Positions 51,405 to 60,282 of a DNA stretch of 64,000 nucleotides are shown here, one piece after another. The notes under the pieces are model-generated. The model was not told the origin of the DNA and searched no databases. It was given only the letters and a program-made list of their open reading frames with translations. Source of the DNA: Deferribacterales bacterium (GTDB lineage Bacteria > Chrysiogenota > Deferribacteres > Deferribacterales > Geovibrionaceae); contig JBFWMA010000005.1 in NCBI GenBank assembly GCA_050251875.1, forward strand, positions 161,233 to 225,232. Direction: 5' to 3'. A program made the position numbers and the translations under genes. Positions within the stretch are counted from its first letter, which is position 1; every line of letters begins with the position of its first letter.

Positions 51405-54400
51405 CTATACAGAAGATTTTATCATATATATCAGATCGTTTATCTCTTCCTCGGTATATCCGTCATTGTGCAGAAACCGTCTGTAGGTGTTGATTATCTC
51501 TCTGCACTTCTGGTGCCTGCTCCGTGAGTTATAATATTTATACGCCATAGCCACCATATCCGTTTCGGACATATAGCAGTCCATCCACCTGTCAAAGAAA
51601 CGCTCCGGACTAAAAACATCCGGCAGAAAGAATCCCAGCCTCTGCATCAGCTTCAGCATGGACAGAAAAGCGGCGTCTATCTCTCTGCTCTTCTGCTGAA
51701 CGGAGGCGACTCCAGTGACATTTGCGAAAAAACGGCTGCCGAAAAGATCCTGCGCCTTCACCAGTGTTTCCATCGCCAGGGTATATTCGCCTCTGCTGTA
51801 GTGCTCCTTCGCCTGTTTGGTATAATTTATGAAATAGTCGGCATCGCTTTTAACATTCTGGAGCCTGAGTATGCCGTTTTGCAGAGTCAGATAATTTTTC
51901 GGGTCTATGCCCGGAAAGGCGTCCGCCATCATCTTTCTGAATCTGGATATGAGGTTGTCAAAACTCTTTCTGGCGTGGTCTCTGCTGCTGTCGGGCCACA
52001 GATATGTCTGCATGCTCTCCTGCTCTATCACATATTCGTTTGCGGATAGAAGAATAGCCAGCATAGTGCGGAAATTGGCGCTGATATCGGCGCAGTCCAT
52101 CGTTTTTGTGCCGACAGACATAGCCGGAGTCCCCAGAGCCCGGATATGCAGAACGGGCAGATATTTTCCGGATTCATCGAAAGCTATGTCGTGCTTTTCA
52201 TAGGCTATCTCAGTGGCGGCGGTAAAGGTCGCCTGATCCGTGATGGCATAGGAACAGATATTCAGCGTGGCTTCCGGCAGAAGCCCTATGAAATGAAAAA
52301 CACCTGTCCTGTTGAACATTTTAAGAGACGCCACGGCGTACTCTCTCGCTTTCAGCCTGTCGCCTATATTGTTATACAGATAAGACAGATAGGCGTATGA
52401 AGCGGCGGCGGCGTTGATATTCGCCCCCTGTTCACCCGTGATGATCGCTTTTGTCAGATAGTTTTCGGCTTTCTTGTGGCTGCCGCTCAGAGTATATGCC
52501 GCGCCCGCCATGTAATATGCCGTGGACAGAAAGAAAGGGTTGGTCTCCGTTTTCTCCCTTCTTTCCACCGCCTCCTGAGCGAAACGCCCCATGCTGGGGT
52601 CGCAAGCATATGCGGCATGGATCGCCTTTATCCCGTAAAAGAGTGACGATATGTGCGGAGGCATGATGTTCAGCATGCTTTCGTTGAACACGTTCAGAGC
52701 CATGGCGGTCTTTTCCACCAGCCCGTTTGACAGGGTGTAGTCAGCCTCCGCCAGAGCGAAGAATATATTTATCCTGCTGTCCAACTCCAGATGCATCCTG
52801 CCTTTCTGTTTCACCACCTCCAGCAGAACCTGCATGGTGCTGAATTTTCCGCTCACCGCCGTGTAGTACACCAGCTGGTGCATCACTGCCAGCTTCTGCG
52901 AATAGTTCAGGGCAGAGGTGTTCAGCTTTACTATCATAGCGTCGCAGTATTTTTCCGCCATCACGCTGTCGCACATGAAGATATACGCCGAGCAGTAGGC
53001 GGAGTATATCCTCAGTTTGATATTTCCCACCGCCAGCTTTTCCGAAAGCGTCATGGCAGTGTTCAGATAATTCATTGCCTCCTCCGGGCTGTGCAGATAG
53101 AGGCACCCTATGCCCAGAGAGAGTGAGACGTGGAGCTGTTTATGTTCATAGGACGGTGTTTCGTCCGCCAGCGTCAGAGCGGTGTTGTAGAATATTCCGC
53201 CCTTTTCCATATCTCCGTCAGCGGAACAGTATATGTCTATGAGCCCGCATGCGGTCGTCAGCATGCCCTCTTTGTTTCCGGTTTTCTGAAAACAGGCGTA
53301 TGCGTGAAGCAGTATAGCGGTCTTCTTCGGCATGGTGATGTATGTCTGGCTGTTGCAGTAGAGAACCGCAGTCCATGGATTGTTTTTCAGTATTTCGGCG
53401 CTCAGCATGGACATGACGCTGTAGAGCGATTTGCTGAGGTCGGTGGATATCAGACTGTAATAGCTGCAGCTTATGAATTTTTCCAGATCATCATTTCTGC
53501 CGGAGCAGATCAGATATTCCAGAGCCTTTATCAGCCGTCCTTTTTCGTGTTCATATTCATATGCCGCCATGTAAAATGCGGAGATCTCTTCTCGTGTGAA
53601 TATCTGTCCGGCAGTGGTCTTCAGCCATATTTTGAATATGGTGTGGAAAGATACCAGTCTGTCGGACGATATGCCGGTGAAAACGTTTTTGCCCAGCATG
53701 TCGTTGATTACAGACAGGGTTTTTCCCGTTATGTCCAGAGAGCTGACGAAACCGGAATCGAACCTGTCCAGAAGCGACAGCAGGATGATATTTCTGAAAT
53801 ATTTCTGGGGATATTTTTCCGTGAGCGGCTGAAAATAACTGCCGAATACGGCGGGAATATCCTCATCCTTCAGGGCTGATCTGTCCTCCGACAGGAGCAT
53901 ATGACGGAATATCATCAGTATGCCGGCTATCCATCCTTCGGTTATGCGGTATATTCTCTCCAGTCCGGAGAAAGACGGCATCTCATCGAAATATGCCACG
54001 GTCAGTTCTCGGAATTCGCTCTCCGTCACCTGAAGAAAATCATCGTCAATCCTGAATGCTGTTCTGTTCAGCTTGGCGAATTTTTCCGGAAAGACGCAGT
54101 TGCTTCTGGTGCATATGATGAAGCTGAGCAGCCCGCCGGACGATGTAAGCGCCGTCAGGATAGTCATGCACGCCAGCCCGATATCAGGCAGCAGATGCAC
54201 ATCGTCAAAGATTATTACTGTTCTTTTCAGCAGGTGTTTTTTTAGACTGCGGAGTATGTTTTTTATGTGAAAGTCGGTTTCATATGATTCCACGCCGTCT
54301 TTCAGAGCCTGTTCGAACTCCACACAGCGGTATTTCGGGTATTTGGATTTAAAGAGAGAGTGCAGAGAACCGCAGAAAAACACAGGATCTCTGTCGCTGT

Positions 54401-54608
54401 CGGTGATGCGGTAGTAGATGGTGTTGTCGTAAAACATCCCGGCGATGGTCTCAGCGAACACGGTTTTCCCCTGTCCGGCTTTTGCCTGTATCAGTATGAT
54501 GCTTTTCGATTCGGCATGGTTTTTCAGATTGTCCGCTTTTGCTCTGCGGCTTATCATATGTTCGGGTTTTTTATAGTCCGATTCCCCGTTTCCGATATAG
54601 TCATTCAT
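51405..54608 (-). CDS. Large MalT-like NTPase regulator with C-terminal winged-helix/BTAD (SARP-like) module
   Basis: AKAGQGKT, IIFDDVH, TEGWIAG, TPR-like middle, IRALG...YLWPD...FDNLISRFRK. Confidence 0.78.
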   Translation of the reverse strand: MNDYIGNGESDYKKPEHMISRRAKADNLKNHAESKSIILIQAKAGQGKTVFAETIAGMFYDNTIYYRITDSDRDPVFFCGSLHSLFKSKYPKYRCVEFEQALKDGVESYETDFHIKNILRSLKKHLLKRTVIIFDDVHLLPDIGLACMTILTALTSSGGLLSFIICTRSNCVFPEKFAKLNRTAFRIDDDFLQVTESEFRELTVAYFDEMPSFSGLERIYRITEGWIAGILMIFRHMLLSEDRSALKDEDIPAVFGSYFQPLTEKYPQKYFRNIILLSLLDRFDSGFVSSLDITGKTLSVINDMLGKNVFTGISSDRLVSFHTIFKIWLKTTAGQIFTREEISAFYMAAYEYEHEKGRLIKALEYLICSGRNDDLEKFISCSYYSLISTDLSKSLYSVMSMLSAEILKNNPWTAVLYCNSQTYITMPKKTAILLHAYACFQKTGNKEGMLTTACGLIDIYCSADGDMEKGGIFYNTALTLADETPSYEHKQLHVSLSLGIGCLYLHSPEEAMNYLNTAMTLSEKLAVGNIKLRIYSAYCSAYIFMCDSVMAEKYCDAMIVKLNTSALNYSQKLAVMHQLVYYTAVSGKFSTMQVLLEVVKQKGRMHLELDSRINIFFALAEADYTLSNGLVEKTAMALNVFNESMLNIMPPHISSLFYGIKAIHAAYACDPSMGRFAQEAVERREKTETNPFFLSTAYYMAGAAYTLSGSHKKAENYLTKAIITGEQGANINAAAASYAYLSYLYNNIGDRLKAREYAVASLKMFNRTGVFHFIGLLPEATLNICSYAITDQATFTAATEIAYEKHDIAFDESGKYLPVLHIRALGTPAMSVGTKTMDCADISANFRTMLAILLSANEYVIEQESMQTYLWPDSSRDHARKSFDNLISRFRKMMADAFPGIDPKNYLTLQNGILRLQNVKSDADYFINYTKQAKEHYSRGEYTLAMETLVKAQDLFGSRFFANVTGVASVQQKSREIDAAFLSMLKLMQRLGFFLPDVFSPERFFDRWMDCYMSETDMVAMAYKYYNSRSRHQKCREIINTYRRFLHNDGYTEEEINDLIYMIKSSV

Positions 54609-54889
54609 TTGTCGTCCTAAAATATTAATATTTATTACTAGTTGTTTGTGTGTATAATCTGATTATATTTAAGGTTTTTTTAAGACGCAAGTGATATTAT
54701 GAGTTATGAAAGAGCGGTGTATTGCAGGTATGCCGCCGCAGACGTGTAAACGTCTGTTATCCCCAATATAACTCCTATCTTGTTTCCTTGAAAAAAACCT
54801 CTGAGGTACACCCCACCTTGGAGGTTTTTTACGTCTGAGCCCCGGATAATCATTACCTTGACAACGGATTTATTTTGATTCAATATCTT

Positions 54890-55035
54890 AGAAGTCAAAT
54901 GGGTGCAGGCGGAAAAAGGGAAACCGGTTCAAATCCGGTGCTGTCCCGCAACTGTAAGCCGGACGAAAGCCTAAATGAGCCACTGATTTTTCGGGAAGGC
55001 CGGGCGAGTAGGGCGATGGCAAGCCAGGATACCTT
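54890..55035 (+). ncRNA. Cobalamin riboswitch
   Basis: AAAGGGAAACCGGTTCAAATCCGGTGCTGTCCCGCAACTGTAA...GCCACTG...GGGAAGG...AAGCCAGGATACC upstream of cbiK. Ends approximate. Confidence 0.93.
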
Positions 55036-55122
55036 TTCTGTCTATGAACTTTACGAGGATAGAGGAACCCCGTTCCACGTTCAAGAACACCCTGACAGTA
55101 TAATATTTTTACGGAGGCATCA

Positions 55123-56085
55123 ATGCGCGCACTCATCCTGTCCGCAGTGGTGATGCTGTTCACTGTTTTCGGTGTTTTTGCTTCGGAGAATTCTATGGAA
55201 AAACAGAAAACAGCGGTAGTAATCGCCGCGTTCGGAACAACCTATGACTCAGCCCTGAGCTCACTGCTCAGCATCTCTCATGAACTGGAAAAAAACACAG
55301 GCGACATTCCCGTCAGAATGGCGTTCACATCCAACATCATCAGAAAAATCTGGCATTCCAGAAAAAACGACACAGAGTACAGAAATTCTCACAAGGAAGT
55401 TCCTGAATATCTCTATGACGTGAAAAACGTTCTGGGAACTCTGGCAGATCTTCAGAACGAAGGATACAAAACCGTGGTGGTTCAGCCCACATACATATAC
55501 GCAGGTGAGGAATACGCCGATCTGCTGGCATACACAGACGCCCTGAACGGCATAAAAACCCTTAAGGATAAATGGAAACCCTTCACAGCCATCGCTGTGG
55601 GAAAACCCGTCACCGGCGCATATGAATACAAAGAGGATCTGAACAGATTCGCCGAGGTTCTGAAAGCGGACGTGGATCTCGCCAGAAAAAACAAGACCGC
55701 TCTGGTCTATATGGGACACGGAAACGAACACCTCTCCACCGGAATCTATTTCGAGCTGGAAATCGTGATGAACGCTATGTATCCCGATGTGAAGACTTTC
55801 ATCGGCACAGTGGAAGGACATCCGGATGTGGAGGACGTTATAGCCGGGCTGAAAAGAGTTAAGGCGAAAAGCGTCACTCTGAAACCTCTCATGATAGTTG
55901 CCGGAGACCACGCTCAGAACGACATGGCTTCCGATGAGGAAGATTCATGGAAAACTCTGCTGTCTAAAGCGGGCATCAGGGTTATTCCCGTTGTGGAAGG
56001 ACTCGGAGAGAACCCCGGCGTCAGAAAGATTATAGCGGACAATATGAAAAAAGCCGCCGAAGAGAACGGAATCAAGCTGCACTGA
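55123..56085 (+). CDS. cbiK: Sirohydrochlorin cobaltochelatase, exported form
   Basis: AAFGTT, AFTSNIIR, MGHGNEH, GTVEG.P, VAGDHAQNDM; signal peptide. Confidence 0.9.
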   Translation: MRALILSAVVMLFTVFGVFASENSMEKQKTAVVIAAFGTTYDSALSSLLSISHELEKNTGDIPVRMAFTSNIIRKIWHSRKNDTEYRNSHKEVPEYLYDVKNVLGTLADLQNEGYKTVVVQPTYIYAGEEYADLLAYTDALNGIKTLKDKWKPFTAIAVGKPVTGAYEYKEDLNRFAEVLKADVDLARKNKTALVYMGHGNEHLSTGIYFELEIVMNAMYPDVKTFIGTVEGHPDVEDVIAGLKRVKAKSVTLKPLMIVAGDHAQNDMASDEEDSWKTLLSKAGIRVIPVVEGLGENPGVRKIIADNMKKAAEENGIKLH

Positions 56086-56149
56086 CAGCTTTTTATACAA
56101 ACCTGAATGCCGGAGTGCCCTCACACTCCGGCATATTGCAAAGGGCAAA

Positions 56150-56857
56150 ATGAAAGAACTGATAATAATCGGCGCCGGGCTGGGTTCCGGCTCCATAACT
56201 CTGGACGGGCTGAACGCTCTGCGCTCAGCGGACGCTGTGCTTTATGACAGGCTCGTTCACGAGGATATAATAAAAATGATCCCCGACACGGCGGTGAAGG
56301 TGAGCGTGGGCAAAGATCCCTATTCGCACAACTGCATACGTCAGGAGGACATCAACGCCATCATCCGTGAACACATAGCGGAAGGCGAAAAAGTGGTAAG
56401 ACTGAAAGGCGGCGACAGCACTCTGTTCGCCCGTTCTCTGGAAGAGGCGGAAGAAGCACACAGGTGCGGAGCGGTCACACGGATCATTCCCGGCGTCACA
56501 TCGGCATCGACTCTGGCGTCTAAAATGACTAAGGCGCTCACAGACAGACGGAGCGTTTCCGGATGCGTCTTTATCACCGGACATCTGAAAAACGGCGAAT
56601 GTCAGCACAACTGGAAAGCGCTGGCAGAGCTGGGAATGACTATAGTGGTTTATATGGGCGTGAAAAACGGCGGATATATAGCTGACGAGCTGATGAAGAA
56701 CGGCATGAATGCTCAGACCCCCTGCCTTGTGGGGAGCTGTCTGGAATCAGAACACGAAAAGCTGTGCGTCACAACCCTGTCGTCTCTGGGCGGTGTTTTG
56801 GAGACCGGAGAATATCCTCACCCGGCAACCATCATCATCGGCGATTCTGTCGGCTGA
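56150..56857 (+). CDS. cobA: Uroporphyrinogen-III C-methyltransferase
   Basis: IGAG.G, LYDRLV, VVRLKGGD, IPGVTSA, FITGH, VVYMG. Confidence 0.88.
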   Translation: MKELIIIGAGLGSGSITLDGLNALRSADAVLYDRLVHEDIIKMIPDTAVKVSVGKDPYSHNCIRQEDINAIIREHIAEGEKVVRLKGGDSTLFARSLEEAEEAHRCGAVTRIIPGVTSASTLASKMTKALTDRRSVSGCVFITGHLKNGECQHNWKALAELGMTIVVYMGVKNGGYIADELMKNGMNAQTPCLVGSCLESEHEKLCVTTLSSLGGVLETGEYPHPATIIIGDSVG

Positions 56858-57217
56858 TCACCCGGCGGCGCATACGGCGCAGAAAGCACGTTCGGTATTG
56901 TTCAGATACCTTTCGCACTGCTTGGTCAGATCATATCCCAGAAGAACTCCGAGTATAAAATCCTCTTTTTCATTAAATTCATTCAGGGGCTTCTCGCCGA
57001 AGCTCCTGATTATGCTTATGCACGGGCAGTCGCCGAAGAAAAAATTGATCCGCCCGTCTTTAGATGCCAGCTCATACCAGGCTATGCCGCTTTTGGACAG
57101 CTTCATCCGGCAGAGCTCCGCCTCGTGTTCTTTGGCGGTGTAGAGCACCAGCCTTCTAATGCCCTTCTTATACTCATATACCATGTGGGAAAAAAGCCTG
57201 TTCTCTTCTCTGGACAT
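56858..57217 (-). CDS. DUF2023 family protein
   Basis: HMVYEYKKGIR.LVL.T, NFFFG..PC, EDFILGVLLGYD...QCERY. Confidence 0.82.
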   Translation of the reverse strand: MSREENRLFSHMVYEYKKGIRRLVLYTAKEHEAELCRMKLSKSGIAWYELASKDGRINFFFGDCPCISIIRSFGEKPLNEFNEKEDFILGVLLGYDLTKQCERYLNNTERAFCAVCAAG

Positions 57218-57552
57218 CAGTTCACCTTCTTGGCGTCAGCATGAAACAGGCATCCTCCGCAGTCGCCCTTGCAGTCCAGAACCTCTTTCAGAATACAGCT
57301 CACGGAATCCGGGCTGGTCTTGTCCGTGCAAACGAACGGAATGTTGTGTCTGCGGCAGATGTTCTTCGCCTTATTTATCATGTTGTGGCTGGCGAGCTTA
57401 GTGAGGAACACTACGCAGTTGGTGCATTTTACGCTGGTCTCAAAGGAGTTGTTCAGCTCGTTGAACACCTTCGCCTTACATCCTATCTGTTTCAGTGCCG
57501 ACAGATATTCATTTTCTCTTCTTTGCAGTCCGCCTATAATACATACTTTCAT
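57217..57552 (-). CDS. DUF2325 family protein, Cys-rich
   Basis: IIGG, VVFLT..ASHNM...AK..C....IP; C-terminal CKGDCGGC. Confidence 0.78.
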   Translation of the reverse strand: MKVCIIGGLQRRENEYLSALKQIGCKAKVFNELNNSFETSVKCTNCVVFLTKLASHNMINKAKNICRRHNIPFVCTDKTSPDSVSCILKEVLDCKGDCGGCLFHADAKKVN

Positions 57553-57578
57553 AGCAACTTACCCTCAATCAATAAAAT

Positions 57579-57597
57579 GATATTGATAATTAATATC
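57579..57597. promoter_or_regulatory. Fur box
   Basis: GATATTGATAATTAATATC, a 16/19 match to GATAATGATAATCATTATC. Confidence 0.8.
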
Positions 57598-57679
57598 AAT
57601 AGGAGTCAAAAGTCAATCAATTTTTTTGTTTATTTTGCCGAGTCCTGAGATTAAAATATTATAAATGAGGTGATTGATT

Positions 57680-58258
57680 ATGGATATGCTTGATCTGATT
57701 AAGAAAACACGCTCCTACCGCAGATTCGACAATTCCCGGAAACTGGATGATTCTTTCATGTCCGGTCTGATAGACGCCGCCAGACTGGCGCAGTCCGCCG
57801 CTAATGCACAGCCTCTGCGCTATGTCGCCGTGAACTCCGCTGATATGTGCGGAAAAATCTATCCCCATCTGAGATGGGCGGGCAGGCTGAAGGACTGGGA
57901 CGGTCCCGCTGAGTCCGAGCGCCCAGTGGCTTATGTATGTGTTTACGCCGACAAAGAGGCTCCGGCGGTCGCTAACGCCGTGGTGGATTCCGGAATCAGT
58001 ATGCAGAATATGTGTCTGTATGCCATGAATACAGGCGTTGGAAGCTGTATGATCGGCAACTGTATCAAGAAAGAGATCAACGCACTGCTGGGCATCAGCG
58101 AAAGATATGATCTGCTGTGGGTTGTGGCTTTCGGCTATCCTGTGGAGAATGTGGTTCTGACTGACTGTGACGGCGATGTCGCTTATTACAGAGATAAAGA
58201 CGGCAATCACTTTGTGCCGAAATATAAAAACGAAGATGTTCTTCTGAAGAAATTCTGA
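57680..58258 (+). CDS. Nitroreductase family protein
   Basis: RSYRRF, SAANAQPL, D.GI..Q, G.GSC.IG, FGYP. Confidence 0.88.
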   Translation: MDMLDLIKKTRSYRRFDNSRKLDDSFMSGLIDAARLAQSAANAQPLRYVAVNSADMCGKIYPHLRWAGRLKDWDGPAESERPVAYVCVYADKEAPAVANAVVDSGISMQNMCLYAMNTGVGSCMIGNCIKKEINALLGISERYDLLWVVAFGYPVENVVLTDCDGDVAYYRDKDGNHFVPKYKNEDVLLKKF

Positions 58259-58271
58259 TTATTGCGTGAAA

Positions 58272-58298
58272 TAGGGCGGCATGTAAAATACCGCCCTA
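58272..58298. terminator. Hairpin between convergent nitroreductase and ruvA
   Basis: TAGGGCGG...CCGCCCTA. Confidence 0.6.
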
Positions 58299-58304
58299 CA
58301 AAAT

Positions 58305-58883
58305 CTATTGGCTTAATTCTTTAAGTGCCAGACGGAAGAGCTCCTCGAATCCGGCGTCAGCTTTATATATCTTGTTAACCGCTTTCTGGCAGTCCGCTCT
58401 GGAATATCCCAGATTTGTCAGGGCGCTCACCACGTCATCGGTGTTGCCGGCCGCTGATGTCTCTCCTGCCTGAGCGGCTATCTGACCGAATTTATCCTTC
58501 AGCTCCAGAATGATGCGCTCGGCTGACTTTCTGCCTATGCCGGGGATGGTGGCTATGAGTCCGGCGTCACCGTTCACCACGGCGTTCATGAACTTCTTTG
58601 AGTCCATGGCGGAAAGAATGGCGAGAGCCAGCTTCGGACCTATTTTCGATATGGTGAGAAGCAGCAGGAAAAGGTTTTTCTCCTCTATGGCGGAGAAGCC
58701 GTAGAGAGCCACAGCGTCTTCACGCATTACAAAATGGGTGAAGAGATTCGCCTGATGCCCTGTGGCGGGCAGATTTCTGTATGTGGTGGCAGAAATAAAG
58801 ACTTCATAGGCGACAGCGCCTGTGTCTATCACTGCTGTGTTGAGTCCTTTTGTCAGGAGCTTTCCCGAGATACTGTATATCAT
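58305..58883 (-). CDS. ruvA: Holliday junction branch migration protein RuvA
   Basis: REDA..LYGF, IGPKLALAILS, IPGIGRKSAERIILELK, AL.NLGY. Confidence 0.96.
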   Translation of the reverse strand: MIYSISGKLLTKGLNTAVIDTGAVAYEVFISATTYRNLPATGHQANLFTHFVMREDAVALYGFSAIEEKNLFLLLLTISKIGPKLALAILSAMDSKKFMNAVVNGDAGLIATIPGIGRKSAERIILELKDKFGQIAAQAGETSAAGNTDDVVSALTNLGYSRADCQKAVNKIYKADAGFEELFRLALKELSQ

Positions 58884-59368
58884 GCAAACCTCCCGGTTAT
58901 ATTGAATCCCAGACAGATGCCGCATGCCAGAGCGTCTGTGGCGTCCAGCGGAACATTGCCTATCTTGCGTCCGAGAAGAAGTTCCACCATATGCTTCACC
59001 TGCGTCTTGTCCGCTTTTCCGTATCCCACCACCGCTTTTTTTATCTGAAGGGCGGTGAACTCGCTCACCTTCAGGTCTTTCGACAGAAGGGTGGCGATGA
59101 TAGCTCCTCTGGTCTGTCCCAGAAGCATAGCGCTCTTAACGTTCACGGAATAAAATACGTCCTCCACTGCTGCCTGTGCCGGGGCGAATTCTTCCACCGC
59201 CTCTCTGACTCCGGCGCATATCACGGCGAGTCTTTCCGGCAGCGTGTTCTTAGAGTCCGTGCGCACCAGCCTGTGGGCGACATATTCCACCTTGCCCGGC
59301 CACACCTGCACAACGCCGATGCCTGTGCAGTTCAGCCCGGGGTCGATGCCCATGACTATTTCGGGCAC
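58880..59368 (-). CDS. ruvC: Holliday junction resolvase RuvC
   Basis: MGIDPG, VEDVF, IKKAVVGYGKADK.QV, DATDALA. Confidence 0.96.
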   Translation of the reverse strand: MPEIVMGIDPGLNCTGIGVVQVWPGKVEYVAHRLVRTDSKNTLPERLAVICAGVREAVEEFAPAQAAVEDVFYSVNVKSAMLLGQTRGAIIATLLSKDLKVSEFTALQIKKAVVGYGKADKTQVKHMVELLLGRKIGNVPLDATDALACGICLGFNITGRFA

Positions 59369-60118
59369 TTAGCCTTCCAGCTCAGCCATTGTGGCGTCGT
59401 CAGCCTCGAAGTTGGAGAAAACTTCCTGAACGTCATCCAGCTCTTCCAGAGCGTCTGTGATGTTGAAGAGTTTTCTCAGGTCGTCAGCGCCGAGGGGTAT
59501 TTTATTTTTAGGCTCTTTTGTAACTTCAGAGAAGTTCAGTTCGTATCCTTTCTCTTCCAGACCGGTTTTTACTGTGAAATATTCTGAAGGCTCGGTGATG
59601 ATTTTGAAAACGTCACCTTCGTCAGAAACATCGTCAGCGCCCAGCTCCAGAGCCAGTTCGAAGAGTTCTTCCTCGTCCGCCTTGTCCTTACTGATCTCGA
59701 TGATGCCTTTTGACTCGAATATCCAGGCAACGCATCCTGCCTCGCCCATGCTGCCGCCTTTTTTGTTCATGGTGCTTCTCACTTCCGCCACTGTGCGGTT
59801 TCTGTTGTCTGTGAGAGCGCAAACCAGAATGGCGACTCCGCCGGGACCGTATCCTTCGTAGTTTATCTCTTCGAAAGCGTTTTCGCTGCCTTCGCCTGTA
59901 CCTTTTTTGATCGCTCTGTCCACGTTGTCTTTGGGCAGGTTGCATTCCTTGGCCTTGTCCAGAGCAAGTCTGAGACGTGAGTTCATGAGGGGATCGGGTC
60001 CGCCCTCTTTAACCGCCACCATAATCTCTTTGGCTACCTTTGTGAACGCCTTGCCTTTTTTAGCGTCCTGAGCCGCTTTGCGGTGTTTTATGTTTGCCCA
60101 TTTACTGTGTCCGGCCAT
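59369..60118 (-). CDS. yebC: YebC/PmpR family protein
   Basis: MAGHSKWANIKHRK, YEGYGPGG, TDNRNRT, DDVQEV.SN. Confidence 0.96.
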   Translation of the reverse strand: MAGHSKWANIKHRKAAQDAKKGKAFTKVAKEIMVAVKEGGPDPLMNSRLRLALDKAKECNLPKDNVDRAIKKGTGEGSENAFEEINYEGYGPGGVAILVCALTDNRNRTVAEVRSTMNKKGGSMGEAGCVAWIFESKGIIEISKDKADEEELFELALELGADDVSDEGDVFKIITEPSEYFTVKTGLEEKGYELNFSEVTKEPKNKIPLGADDLRKLFNITDALEELDDVQEVFSNFEADDATMAELEG

Positions 60119-60230
60119 TTGATCCTCCGATATATCTTTTAAAGTAATATTTTAATCTGGATTTAAAAAAAGAGTGCTGATTATAACCAAATATAAGGTG
60201 TTTGGTAAAGTTTAAAATGGCTTTAGGCGT

Positions 60231-60258
60231 AAAAAAGGCGGACATGGTGTCCGCCTTT
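60231..60258 (-). terminator. Terminator after the MCP gene
   Basis: AAAAAAGGCGGACA-TGG-TGTCCGCCTTT. Confidence 0.8.
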
Positions 60259-60282
60259 ACGCATATTATCGGTTTTATACCG

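Noticed and set aside
54675..54760. c-di-GMP-I riboswitch suggested by GACGCAA
   Set aside because: The GGCAAA/GNRA P2 stem and the downstream P3 pattern are not recognisable.
54845..54857. Fur box (GATAATCATTACC) next to the TTGACA upstream of the riboswitch
   Set aside because: Only the right part of the 19-mer matches, which is insufficient without data.
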